DNA of 64,000 bases, taken from contig CP029803.1 in assembly GCA_003226295.1 (NCBI GenBank), positions 736,211 through 800,210 of the forward strand, in the 5' to 3' direction. Origin of the DNA: Candidatus Moanibacter tarae (lineage in GTDB: Bacteria > Verrucomicrobiota > Verrucomicrobiia > Opitutales > UBA2987). The first letter of the stretch is position 1, and each line of letters starts with the position of its first letter. Positions 38,552 through 48,831 of this stretch are shown here, in pieces. Made by a program: the position numbers and the translations under genes. Below the pieces are notes generated by a model. That model saw only the letters and a program-made list of their open reading frames with translations, was not told where the DNA came from and searched no databases.

Positions 38552-39730
38552 TTAAATCGAGATCGCATCTAACCACTTTTTATTTACTTCGATCCCAAAC
38601 CCTGGGGCATCGCTAGGGATTAAATTACCGTCTCTTACGACTGCGGTTCCCGGTAAGGCCACAACATTTTCGAGTTTTACCCCAGGAGAGGAAACTCCAC
38701 CTGATCGCTCTCCCAAGGGAACTGCGGGCATGGCGTATGCTAAGTGTTGCCCATATGGCCAATTCATGCCTCCATGAGGGATCACCGAAACACCTGATGA
38801 GCGGGCCATATGACAGATGTGTACACACGCTGAGATTCCCCCTGACCATAGAAGATCCGGCTGAAAAACGTCAACCAGTCCGCGACGCATTGCGGTATAA
38901 AAAGTCTGGGGTAGGTACCAATGCTCGCCAGTTGCAAGAGTTTGCCAAGGTATGCGTTCTCGGACACGAGCGAAACCCTCCATATCTTCAGGTAGAAGAA
39001 AGTCCTCAATCCATTTTAAGCGATAGGGTTTAAGGATCTCTGCCAGCCGTACAGTATATTCCACGTCCAAAGCCATCCAGCAATCGAGCATTAACTCGAT
39101 TTTGTCTCCAATGCGTTGACGTGCTATTGCAACCAATTCCTCCGTCTTTTTTAGACCGTCTAGACCATCCATGGGTCCAAACGGCATAGGAAGTTTTACA
39201 GCGCGAAAGCCGAGCTCAATATACCATTCAAGATCAAATCCCGTTGCATAACACGGAATTGACTCCTTCTGCGGGCCACCTAGAAGTTCATAAACGGGAC
39301 GTTCGAGAAGCTTGCCCTTTAGATCCCATAAAGCCAGATCAACCGCACTGATTGCAAAGCTGCTTAGCCCGTAGGCCCCGTAGGGTGTGGCGAGACGACA
39401 CAGCATGTCGAACGCTTTTTCTGTTGCCATGCAGTCTCCGCCCACAATGTGGGAGGCAAAATGATCATTAACGATCCGTGCTACGGGACCGGAATTGTTT
39501 GATAACCCAATTCCAAATGTTCCATCTTCTGCTGTGGCAATACATGCTATAGATTGCCACTTCGGTCCCCATGAGGAACGTTTCCCATGGTAGGCTTGAT
39601 AAGATTCCATGGGACTCGCCGGTTCTCGATCCTTCATTTTGTAGGATCCAGTCTGTTTCTTTTCCCCTGTACTGTCTATTCGACCTCTTGAAAGATCGAC
39701 TTCAAATGCTTCTATTGACTTGATCTTCAT
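38552..39730 (-). CDS. Enolase-superfamily acid-sugar dehydratase (L-rhamnonate-dehydratase-like)
   Basis: 392 aa. Motifs DLALWDLKGKLLERPVYELLGG, FRAVKLP, MLDCW, LKWIEDFLLPED, ATGEHW and VIPHGG. The subgroup call is tentative. Confidence 0.85.
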   Translation of the reverse strand: MKIKSIEAFEVDLSRGRIDSTGEKKQTGSYKMKDREPASPMESYQAYHGKRSSWGPKWQSIACIATAEDGTFGIGLSNNSGPVARIVNDHFASHIVGGDCMATEKAFDMLCRLATPYGAYGLSSFAISAVDLALWDLKGKLLERPVYELLGGPQKESIPCYATGFDLEWYIELGFRAVKLPMPFGPMDGLDGLKKTEELVAIARQRIGDKIELMLDCWMALDVEYTVRLAEILKPYRLKWIEDFLLPEDMEGFARVRERIPWQTLATGEHWYLPQTFYTAMRRGLVDVFQPDLLWSGGISACVHICHMARSSGVSVIPHGGMNWPYGQHLAYAMPAVPLGERSGGVSSPGVKLENVVALPGTAVVRDGNLIPSDAPGFGIEVNKKWLDAISI

Positions 39731-39924
39731 TGTTGGGATATTTCTGGACAGAACCCAGAAGCTATTAATCTAACTTCTTTAGTTGCTCAATGGATACTCA
39801 GTATTGCGAATGGAACCGGTCGTGAGAAAACGATTTTGGGAACTCTTGGAATTTTTGGACAATCATTAGATTCGCAGGTTCAAGTTATTGATGTTCAGTT
39901 TTTTATATCCATATTATATTAAAG

Positions 39925-41217
39925 TTAAACCTTCCCTTCTCGTTGCAAAATATCGGCAGCGATAGCATAGGTAGTTCCATGCATGGCGATTACTACAAGG
40001 CCGATTCCTGCTGCAAGGTAACCGCCTAGGTAAAGATTGGGGATTTCTAACGATTCATAGTTGTGGGGATGTATCTTAGCTTGGTGCATTTGGAAACGGT
40101 AGGCATCATGCTTTTCGACCAGTTGAAGGGGTGGGAAACCATCGAGAATCGAGTAGTCAGCAACGCCACCGATTTCTGTAATAACATGGTCCGTCTCAAT
40201 TATACGATCATCTCCGGTTTGCTCCAGCAAAACAGTTCCATCAGGTCTAATTGCCTTAATGGAAGTGTTATAGAGCGTTTCCATCTTGGGTGAATGAGCT
40301 TCTAAAATGTCAGCGATTCGAGCGTAGTAGGGAAGATGCCAACGGCTTTCGTTAATCAACCTCCAATGGGCGCTTGAATCCTGACGCATAACGTAAGTGA
40401 CCTGCTTGCCCGAATCGTGCAGTTCGGTGGCAGCCCAATCTGCCGATCGGCCCCCACCCACAATGATGATACGTTCGCCCATGAAATCCTCTGGTTTATC
40501 GTAATTAGGCGTTACCCAATCAAGTTCCTCGCCAGGAATACCGAGTTGACGCAAAGAGGCACGTTGCCCTGTTGCCAGGATAAGATATTTGCAGGTATAG
40601 TATTTGACTTTACGAGTGAAAGTGTCGCGGCTTTTAACGAGGAAACCTTCACTATGCGGTCTTATTTGTTCTACATTCGTACTGGTTCGAATTCGCTCTT
40701 CCTGCCCGAAGCGTGAGGGGATACTATGGTAATAGTCCAGCAACCGATGTTTGATGATAAGAGCGTTTGCATCTATTTCGATCCCTGCCTCCATTGCATG
40801 TTGGTACAGTGGGTAGAAGGCCAGTTCCATCCACTGACCAGGAGAGAGTGTAAGTAGATTTTTGGGGACGTTATTCCAGAGTCCCCCAACAGATTCTCTT
40901 GAGAGAAGGAGATAATCGATATTTGGTTTCTGCTCAAAGGCCATTGCGATCTGTTCGATCTCAACGAATTTTTGCCTTGGGTGGTGTAGGGCGCGAAATA
41001 GATCGGCTGGTTGAATTCCATTCTTTACCCAATCTTTTAGATTAAGGGATAAAAGGGATCCGTTATGGCGCTTGAGAATTGGGTCTAGCTGTGGGTAGCG
41101 TTGGGAAAATATTTTACTACTTTTGAAAAAAGGGTGCCAGCCTCCTAACACGACCGAAAGTGCAAGACCCGCAGGACCGGCACCAACGATAATAGCGGTG
41201 TGATGCTCAGTCTCCAA
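39925..41217 (-). CDS. FAD/NAD(P)-binding two-dinucleotide-domain flavoprotein (flavin-monooxygenase-like)
   Basis: TTG start directly after an in-frame TGA. First Rossmann motif IIVGAGPAGLA, a GGLW motif, and a second nucleotide motif IIIVGGGRSADWA. Confidence 0.7.
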   Translation of the reverse strand: METEHHTAIIVGAGPAGLALSVVLGGWHPFFKSSKIFSQRYPQLDPILKRHNGSLLSLNLKDWVKNGIQPADLFRALHHPRQKFVEIEQIAMAFEQKPNIDYLLLSRESVGGLWNNVPKNLLTLSPGQWMELAFYPLYQHAMEAGIEIDANALIIKHRLLDYYHSIPSRFGQEERIRTSTNVEQIRPHSEGFLVKSRDTFTRKVKYYTCKYLILATGQRASLRQLGIPGEELDWVTPNYDKPEDFMGERIIIVGGGRSADWAATELHDSGKQVTYVMRQDSSAHWRLINESRWHLPYYARIADILEAHSPKMETLYNTSIKAIRPDGTVLLEQTGDDRIIETDHVITEIGGVADYSILDGFPPLQLVEKHDAYRFQMHQAKIHPHNYESLEIPNLYLGGYLAAGIGLVVIAMHGTTYAIAADILQREGKV

Positions 41218-41594
41218 GGCTCACTCCCATCGTATCTGTGGAACGGAAATCTCTTTTGAAAACATCGTACCCTGATACACCGGCTTCTTTAGGCCAAGGT
41301 GGGTTGCAATTCATGATCCGGTTATGTTTCCTTCAATCACCTTGGTTTTTATATAGAGTATAAGCCATCTCTCAATCAAACGGCGTGAAATCCGAATTTG
41401 TAGATGACTCATTGCCCAATCTAAGGAATTACCCTTAGTTCATCGGCAGCTCCTGTCGTGTCAGACTGAAATCGATGGTTTAGTTTAATATCGAGATATC
41501 GAGAGGAAACACTAGGGGCATTGATGATCCAGGATTAACTTCTTTTTCTTGGATGGGTATTGTCTCTATTCAACAGTACTTGTTTTACCAATCA

Positions 41595-42665
41595 TTACAC
41601 ATTAATACCAATTCGTTGGCCTGATTCGCTTGATTCATAGGCGGCTTCTATGACGCGTGCTACCTGGAGTGCATCTCGGCCTGATGCAGGCACATCTCGT
41701 TTTCCTTTGGCGGCGAGAATGAAATCACGAATAAAGGCCTCGCCGGAGATTCCTCCATAGGCAGGTGATTTTGCAATAGAGTAATCTGTTACTCTAACAG
41801 GAGCATCAGCCCAGGAGGGGTGTGTTGACTCAACGGTAAGGCGATGGGGCTCGTTGCTTCCATTCCAATAGAGGCGTCCGTCTTTACCGTTCACTCCAAT
41901 ATAGGAATCGTAGGAGGGCATATCCCCATACTGGGGACCCTTTAAGGCTAGAGTATATCCGGTGTGTAGAGAAGCGATGGTCCCCGTTCCCAATCGCATG
42001 GAAAGACTAGCGATATCCTCAACATCGATTTCTTCGCCGCTACGAGTAGCAACTTCAGCTGCTACCGATACGATCTCATCTTTGCTGATAAACCTTATCA
42101 TGTCGATATAATGACATCCAAGCCAAGCAAGCATCCCACCGCCCGCAGATTGTTTGTTAAAAAGCCAACTACCTGGTTTTCGAAATTTCGGTTGAGTGGT
42201 AAGCATCCGCATCTCTATGGACATAAGGGGGCCAATAATTCCATCCTTAATGAGACGCCGAACTTTGAGAACCAAAGGGTTGTAACGATTCTGGTAGCAG
42301 GTCCCCAGGGCTAGGCCTTTCTGTTCAGCTTTCTTAACTAATTGGGCAACTTCCTTTGCTGTGGGAGCGATAGGCTTTTCTCCCATGATATGAATACCTA
42401 AATCCAAAATTTGGTTGAAGATTTCCGGTTTCAGATCATTGCGAGTGGTGGCGATTGCAAAGAAGATATCGTCCTGTTTTAGAAGTTCATCCAAGTCAGT
42501 AAATACAGCCGAAATTTTCGCTTTCCCTTCGAATGCTTCCAAGGCATTTTCGTTTTCACCCCAGAGAATTATTGATTCGACTTCGGGTAGTTGTTGGAGG
42601 GTTGCAATGTGGGCGTCAAAATGAGGCTCACCGGCTCCCAGAACTGCTGCTTTCATATTTTTCAA
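41595..42665 (-). CDS. Gfo/Idh/MocA family oxidoreductase
   Basis: MKAAVLGAGE Rossmann motif and GEKPIAPT motif. The start is either the TTG at 42665 or the ATG at 42656. Confidence 0.85.
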   Translation of the reverse strand: MKNMKAAVLGAGEPHFDAHIATLQQLPEVESIILWGENENALEAFEGKAKISAVFTDLDELLKQDDIFFAIATTRNDLKPEIFNQILDLGIHIMGEKPIAPTAKEVAQLVKKAEQKGLALGTCYQNRYNPLVLKVRRLIKDGIIGPLMSIEMRMLTTQPKFRKPGSWLFNKQSAGGGMLAWLGCHYIDMIRFISKDEIVSVAAEVATRSGEEIDVEDIASLSMRLGTGTIASLHTGYTLALKGPQYGDMPSYDSYIGVNGKDGRLYWNGSNEPHRLTVESTHPSWADAPVRVTDYSIAKSPAYGGISGEAFIRDFILAAKGKRDVPASGRDALQVARVIEAAYESSESGQRIGINV

Positions 42666-42790
42666 TTAAAGAGTTTTAAGGCTTTGTTGGTTGTTTAATA
42701 TCCCATTTTATTCTCATTGGGCCCATTCCACAGGAGGGTTAGTGGAGTCCCTTATTATTTCCTTATATCTAGTCATTTTCGAAGCTGCTA

Positions 42791-43837
42791 TTACAGATCG
42801 ACTCGTAAGTTTCCGAGCTCATGAGACTTGAGGAACATAAGTAAAATTTGAACTGTTTTGCGTGCCTCCGTGCCTGGTGAAACTAATTCTCCACCATTCT
42901 CCAATACGTCAATTAGCTCTGCTACTGCTCCTAGTTGATGAGTGTGCATATACTCGTCAGGTTCAAGGATGGTACGGGAGGATCCGGATACAAATGAGCT
43001 TTCAATTACGGTCGCAGTGTTATTATTGATATCGATCCTTCCTTTTTCGCAAAATAATTGCCAGTCTGAGCCAGAGGAAGATGTGGTCTTAAGACCGTTA
43101 TAAAATGCCCGTATGCCATTGGCGAAGTGAATGTAGCCTGAGGCGGCAGGGTCGGTCGCTGGATCTTTACCGCCATCGCCTTTATATTCCGTAAAGTGGC
43201 TAAATCCCTCCTCAAGCTCAGCAAAAACCCATTGGGGGGTTGATTCGGCGAAGAAGCAGATCGTATCAACAATGTGAGTTCCGTTTCGGAAAAGCATGGA
43301 TCGCGGACCGAGGAGATTGGCCGTAATTCCATTTAACCTTCCGAGTTCACCACTACGAATAAGCTCGCGAACCGCATGGAAGGTTCCACCCCACCTGCGG
43401 GTGTGCTCGACTGAAAGAAGGGTATCATTGGCCTCAGTGGCAGCAATCATCCGGTCAACATCTTCCAATGTCGTGGCAAGAGGTTTCTCGCATAGGATGG
43501 CCTTTGCTCCTCCTTCCGCGGCATTGACTGTTATGTCCGCGTGAAAGTGGTCTGGGGTGGCAACACTTACCATGTCCGGCTTTTCATTCTCCTGCATCTC
43601 CTTGTAGTCCGTGTAGTAATGCATTTCTGGCCAAATATCCTGCCACTCTTCCTTGAATGCGTCTAACTGTTCTTGACGAATATCACAAACTCCAACGAGG
43701 TCAGTTTGCGGATGCCGAAAGTAGGCTGCGGCGTGGGATTTGGGCTTTGAGTAGAAAACAGGTAAATTGCTCGGTTCCTCAGAACGACGAGCACCGATAC
43801 CAGTTAACCCAACAATTGTAGAACGGTAGGTCGACAT
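42791..43837 (-). CDS. Gfo/Idh/MocA family oxidoreductase
   Basis: TIVGLTGIG N-terminal motif and CEKPLATTLEDVDRM motif. Confidence 0.85.
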   Translation of the reverse strand: MSTYRSTIVGLTGIGARRSEEPSNLPVFYSKPKSHAAAYFRHPQTDLVGVCDIRQEQLDAFKEEWQDIWPEMHYYTDYKEMQENEKPDMVSVATPDHFHADITVNAAEGGAKAILCEKPLATTLEDVDRMIAATEANDTLLSVEHTRRWGGTFHAVRELIRSGELGRLNGITANLLGPRSMLFRNGTHIVDTICFFAESTPQWVFAELEEGFSHFTEYKGDGGKDPATDPAASGYIHFANGIRAFYNGLKTTSSSGSDWQLFCEKGRIDINNNTATVIESSFVSGSSRTILEPDEYMHTHQLGAVAELIDVLENGGELVSPGTEARKTVQILLMFLKSHELGNLRVDL

Positions 43838-43980
43838 GCGTAAGTTTTCTATTTGGATTTGAAGCTAGCGCGGGACTTTAGCGCGTTTAGATAAACAACA
43901 ACTAAATTAAGTACGGGGAATTTTGTAGCTGAGGCAAGAGGAAATGCGACTTTAAATTCGACAAAACGCTATTTTGAATC

Positions 43981-45126
43981 TTACCAGTCGGCTACGCTTC
44001 CGTCAGAATCGTAAAAATATTCGCCGCCGAGCTCCTCTTCATAGATGCCGCAATCTTGTTCGGCTTCGCTCTCGTCTATCTCAAATCCGAGGCCGGGCTC
44101 GGTCGGCAGTTCTATATGGCCATCTACGACTTGCCAAGGTTTCTTGAGCAAGCCCTCCCCAAGACCAGCATCAACCTGCTCTTGGATTAGAAAATTCGGC
44201 ACGGCGGCATCAACTTGCATACAGGAGGAGAAGGCGACTGGTCCTATAGCACAATGCGGCATAATGTGAACATAATACACCTCTGCCATGTTTGCGATCC
44301 GTTTTAGTTCTGAAATTCCCCCTGCGTGGGAACCGTCTGGCTGAACATAGGCCGCAGCATTGCTTTCAAAAATCTGACGGAATTCCCAACGACTGAGGAG
44401 TCTTTCCCCAGTTGCAATGGGGAAGGGTACATGATCGGAAACATTCTTGAGGGCGTTGACGTTTTCCTGCGGAACAGGTTCCTCGACAAACATCGGGCGC
44501 ATGCCCTTAATCTCGTGACATATCTCGATAGCGAGAGCCGGCGTTAGCTTGCCGTGAAAATCAAAACAAATCTCGACGTCGTCGCCTACCCACTCTCGCA
44601 TCATATAGGCTTTTTTAATAAATTGATCAATTACAGCAGGTGGTTCGTGAGCTCGCCATTTCCCACCAGGGCCACTTTTATAGGCCTTGTATCCTCCCTT
44701 TTTCTGGAGCATCTCTAGCCTTTTTTTGGCAGTTTCCTGGCCCTGTTGGGAGAGATCTGTGATACCCCAATGGGCATAGACCCGAATACGGTCTCGAACG
44801 GCGCCACCTAGTAGCTGATAAATTGGTACTCCAAAGTGTTTTCCGGCTATGTCCCAAAGTGCCTGGTCGATCCCTGATAGGGCTGACATAAGAACATTAC
44901 CTCCTCGAAAGAAGGCGGAGCGATAGATGTGTTGCCAGTGATGCTCGATCCGGAGGGGATCTTTGCCAATCAAGTAATCGATTAGTTCTTCAACGGCTGC
45001 ATGTGTGCTTCTTGGTTTGCCTTCAAGAGTCGTTTCGCCCCATCCGACAATCCCATTGTCAGTCGTAATTTTTACTAATCGCATACGGTGACGTGGGAAA
45101 AATTGATTAATTTTAGCGATCTTCAT
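43981..45126 (-). CDS. dgoD: D-galactonate dehydratase family enzyme (enolase superfamily)
   Basis: The N-terminal ~110 aa align closely by eye with E. coli DgoD. Shared pattern: MKI-KI...LVKI-TD-G-VGWGE...AAV-EL-DYLIG-DP-RI...GG-LMSA-GIDQALWDI-GK...QLLGG. 381 aa. Confidence 0.85.
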   Translation of the reverse strand: MKIAKINQFFPRHRMRLVKITTDNGIVGWGETTLEGKPRSTHAAVEELIDYLIGKDPLRIEHHWQHIYRSAFFRGGNVLMSALSGIDQALWDIAGKHFGVPIYQLLGGAVRDRIRVYAHWGITDLSQQGQETAKKRLEMLQKKGGYKAYKSGPGGKWRAHEPPAVIDQFIKKAYMMREWVGDDVEICFDFHGKLTPALAIEICHEIKGMRPMFVEEPVPQENVNALKNVSDHVPFPIATGERLLSRWEFRQIFESNAAAYVQPDGSHAGGISELKRIANMAEVYYVHIMPHCAIGPVAFSSCMQVDAAVPNFLIQEQVDAGLGEGLLKKPWQVVDGHIELPTEPGLGFEIDESEAEQDCGIYEEELGGEYFYDSDGSVADW

Positions 45127-45377
45127 TTATGGATATTGGGGAGTTTTGAAGAAGGCGGCCAGACTTCTCTTTTGGTTTTTAATCCGACTGGAGAGATATT
45201 GACTTAGGGTTTATATGCGCCACTGTCTATTCCTTCGGAAAGACGAAAATTTTACTAAGGTTGAAGGTCACAACGAATAATCCGCATTGAACGGATAATA
45301 TCTTAGGTCTATTCGGATTAGCTCACAGTGCAATTCATTCCATAAATAGATAATCTATAATTGAAGGGTTCGTCTGT

Positions 45378-46511
45378 ATGAAAATTACTGAAGTAAAAAC
45401 GGCTGACGTGACCGTAAAGATCGATGACAAGAAGGGCTACCGGTACCACTACGTACGAGTATTTTCGGATGAAGGGCTCTTCGGAACTGGGGAGACCAGT
45501 CATGTTGACAGCGGTTGGCGAGAGACGACTCGAGATATGGCGAATCTAATTATTGGAATGGATCCACGCGACGTTGATGCCTGTTTTGAACACATTCGGC
45601 GGCAATATCTTTTCCGGGGAGGTTTTGCTGGGGCGGGGATTTCGGCATTGACCGGAATCGAGATTGCACTTTGGGATTTGGCGGGAAAGGCACAGGGACT
45701 GCCTGTTTATCGACTGTTAGGGGGTAAGTTCCGAGATCGGATTCGTTTATACGTCGACAGTGCTTGTACGGATTATAAGGAGCGCGTTAATGAAGTTAGA
45801 GAAAGGGGTTTCACGGCAGTAAAGTTTGATCTTGATGATGCACAAAACCCTCACAAGTTGGATCGATGGAACTGGTCGGTGACTCCGGATGAGATAAAGT
45901 CTATTGTGGACTCAGCTTTTGCGATCAGGGAAGGAATAGGAGATTCGCTGGATCTGGCGATGGATCTTCACGGTAGGTATGACGCGACTGCGGGAACGAA
46001 ATTTGCGCACGCATTAGAGCCACTTAACTTGCTGTGGTTGGAAGAACCGGTTCCTCCTGAAAACATCGAAGCTCTAGGAAGGATTACTCAAGGTACACGC
46101 ACTCCAATTTGTGCGGGTGAAAATCTCTATTTACGTTATGGATTCCGTGATCTAATAGAAAATCAAGCTGTGGATATTATCATGCCTGATATTTCTAAAT
46201 GCGGTGGCCTGTCCGAGTGCAGGAAAATAGCTAATATGGCAGAGATTTATTATATACCTTTCGCGCCTCATAATAATAGCAGCGCTCTCAGCACTGTAGG
46301 TGATGCCCATGTTTGTGCCAGTGTTCCTAATTTCCTTACTCTGGAATTTCACCGCTTTGATGATGTTACTTGGGACAATATTTTAGCGACGAATGAATCC
46401 GTAATTGAGAACGGGCATGTGGTATTAAGTGAGAAACCTGGACTCGGAGTTGAATTGAACGAGGAGTTTCTTTCTGCCCAGCTGGAGGAGGGGGAAAGGT
46501 TGTGGAATTAA
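45378..46511 (+). CDS. Enolase-superfamily enzyme (MR/MLE family, galactonate-dehydratase-like subgroup)
   Basis: Motifs MKITEVK, GIEIALWDLAGKAQGLPVYRLLGG, FTAVKFD, AMDLHG, WLEEPV, CAGEN and FAPHN. Confidence 0.85.
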   Translation: MKITEVKTADVTVKIDDKKGYRYHYVRVFSDEGLFGTGETSHVDSGWRETTRDMANLIIGMDPRDVDACFEHIRRQYLFRGGFAGAGISALTGIEIALWDLAGKAQGLPVYRLLGGKFRDRIRLYVDSACTDYKERVNEVRERGFTAVKFDLDDAQNPHKLDRWNWSVTPDEIKSIVDSAFAIREGIGDSLDLAMDLHGRYDATAGTKFAHALEPLNLLWLEEPVPPENIEALGRITQGTRTPICAGENLYLRYGFRDLIENQAVDIIMPDISKCGGLSECRKIANMAEIYYIPFAPHNNSSALSTVGDAHVCASVPNFLTLEFHRFDDVTWDNILATNESVIENGHVVLSEKPGLGVELNEEFLSAQLEEGERLWN

Positions 46512-46556
46512 TCTTTTACAAGAGACGATAATGATTAAGAGAATCGCCTAGAGTAT

Positions 46557-47717
46557 TTAGGTTTTTTTTACTTCCGTTTCGTGTTTCTCAGTTGCCTTTT
46601 CGACTGCTTGGTCAGCTCGGCCTATGAATTCGGGCCGGTTTTCTGAGGCCCAGTCCATGCTCGCTACCCGACCCTTGTTTAAATCATTGAAATGAGGCAT
46701 TACATAGCGACCAATCAGTTCAAAGCTTCGCTTAGTTTGATCAAAATCAGCCCAGTTATGCGCCATTTGAAGAAAACACCCAAACCCTCCAGTTTGCTCC
46801 CATAGGCGTTCGATCTGATTTATAGCGTCCTCTGGGGTTCCGATTACACCGAAACTCGACTCATTAATCTGGTCTATTAAGGAATCACAGTTTCCTTCCC
46901 AATTGAAAGCAAGTGCTGCTACTTCATTGAAATACCAGACCCACTTCTCCAGGCCGAAACGCATATTTTCGCGAGCCTTTTCACGGGTCTCAGCAATGTG
47001 CATTGGCCCTACCAGAGACCAATCGTGTTTGTGTACCTGTTGACCGTTTTGTTCAGCTTGTTGTACGGCGATTTCCCAATTCTTGGGTAGAGATATAAAC
47101 CCAGATTTGCTGGTGGCGGCAAAGGACAGAAGACCTATTCCATGTTTGCCAGCAATGCGGGCCCCGGTAGGAGACACGGCGGATGCAACTGCGATGGGAA
47201 TTTTTGGATTGGAGTAGGGAAGTAACTGCAAGCGGGCTTCTTTGAGCTCGAACCAATCGGCCTTTCTGGTGACAGTTTCTCCTCTCAGGAGAGGCACGAT
47301 CACATCCACAGCTTCCTCCAGCATGTCTCTTTGGCGAATAGGGTCGATCCCCATCATGAAAGCATCTGAGGGTAGGGCTCCTGGCCCCATTCCAAACATA
47401 AAACGACCTCGCGTTTGATGATCCAGCTGCATTGCCCGGTCGGCCAGCATAAGGGGGTGGTGATAGGGAACCGAGGCAACTCCGGTGCCTAATCGAATAC
47501 GGCGCGTGCGTTCTGCAGCTCCAGCAATGAATACCTCAGGAGAGGCGATGATCTCATAGCCACCGGAATGATGTTCCCCTACCCAGACTTCGTCGAAGTT
47601 CAGCTCATCGAGCCACTCCACGAGTTGGAAGTCTCGTTCAATAGCCAAGTTTGGGTTTTCATCCGAGGAATGAAAGGGTGCCAAGAAAATTCCGAATCTT
47701 AGTCTGCGTCTGCTCAT
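46557..47717 (-). CDS. LLM-class (luciferase-like) flavin-dependent oxidoreductase
   Basis: RFGIFLAPFH...FDEVWVGEHH... pattern. 386 aa, typical of luciferase-like monooxygenases. Confidence 0.8.
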   Translation of the reverse strand: MSRRRLRFGIFLAPFHSSDENPNLAIERDFQLVEWLDELNFDEVWVGEHHSGGYEIIASPEVFIAGAAERTRRIRLGTGVASVPYHHPLMLADRAMQLDHQTRGRFMFGMGPGALPSDAFMMGIDPIRQRDMLEEAVDVIVPLLRGETVTRKADWFELKEARLQLLPYSNPKIPIAVASAVSPTGARIAGKHGIGLLSFAATSKSGFISLPKNWEIAVQQAEQNGQQVHKHDWSLVGPMHIAETREKARENMRFGLEKWVWYFNEVAALAFNWEGNCDSLIDQINESSFGVIGTPEDAINQIERLWEQTGGFGCFLQMAHNWADFDQTKRSFELIGRYVMPHFNDLNKGRVASMDWASENRPEFIGRADQAVEKATEKHETEVKKT

Positions 47718-47943
47718 TGGTATTGGTTTTTTGGGGCTTCAGGAAAGAGAATTTAAGACCCATTTCCTGTTTTTTATCAACCATCTTCATTCTTTTTAGG
47801 CCAGCTAAATATAACAATGTTTAAGTGTGTAATGGCAGGTTAATCTGATTGCCTAAATTTAGTATGCGAGTAGCGTAGTTATTATTGATTACTATCTCTG
47901 ATAGAGTGTTAAGTTGATAACTACCGAATAGAAGAAGAGGTTG

Positions 47944-48666
47944 ATGGCGGGCGAAAAATTAAAATTACGGATTAACAACGGGGAGATTATTGAAAGCGTA
48001 TCAGTCCCGAAGAATATTCCCAGAGGGGAACTAGAAGGGATTTTGTCGGAGCGTCACTTTGATTTTCTCTATGTAGACTGTCAACATGATGCCCACAATG
48101 AAGAAAGCTTAGTGGAATTCTGCAAGATGGCGGAAGAGTTATCCATTCCGGTACAGGCTAGAATTAAACATACGCGTGATGCTTATCTCATTGGCACTTA
48201 CCTTGATCTTGGGCCTTCAGGGATCATGGTTCCCGAGGTTAAGGAAGAGATAACAGTTGATGAAGCCCTGGATTCGTTCTACTACCCGCAAAGGGGTAAG
48301 CGTAGTTGGGGAGGTCAAAACAGAATGGGGTTTTCTGAGCGACAGGGTCGCCTCGAGTACTCTAATTGGTGGAATGAAACTGGGTTTCTAACGCTCCAGA
48401 TCGAATCTGTTGAGGCGGTTGTGAATACCCGTTTCCTAGCTAAGGCGGGAGTGGATATTCTCAGTTTTGGCGAAAATGACTTGATGTTTAGTATCGAAGG
48501 AGATCCAGAATTCCCCTTTCGGACTCAGGATGAATGTCTACGCCACGTTCTTAATGAACTCCAGGGGACGAATGTTCGGGTGTCAATGTGCCCCGAGACA
48601 GAGGAAGCAAGAGAAAAATATCTTGAGATGGGAGTGACAATTTTTAATGAGCGAAGGGATCAGTAA
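47944..48666 (+). CDS. HpcH/HpaI-family (class II, 2-keto-3-deoxy-acid) aldolase-like protein
   Basis: FLYVDCQHDAH, GIMVPEV, LQIESVEAV and FGENDL motifs. The ATG at 47944 directly follows the TTG at 47941 used in the ORF track. Confidence 0.75.
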   Translation: MAGEKLKLRINNGEIIESVSVPKNIPRGELEGILSERHFDFLYVDCQHDAHNEESLVEFCKMAEELSIPVQARIKHTRDAYLIGTYLDLGPSGIMVPEVKEEITVDEALDSFYYPQRGKRSWGGQNRMGFSERQGRLEYSNWWNETGFLTLQIESVEAVVNTRFLAKAGVDILSFGENDLMFSIEGDPEFPFRTQDECLRHVLNELQGTNVRVSMCPETEEAREKYLEMGVTIFNERRDQ

Positions 48667-48831
48667 CGGATCACAAAAAAACTTCTCTATTTCTTCGTCA
48701 TCAACATCCTCTTTTACAAGGGATCCTTGAATTTTATACTATTTAGAGAACGGAGGTCAGTCCGGGTTTTCATTAAACTGCTAATCTATTAGTTTTAGAT
48801 ATGGTAAATTGCCTAAGTTTTTTGTTCTCAA

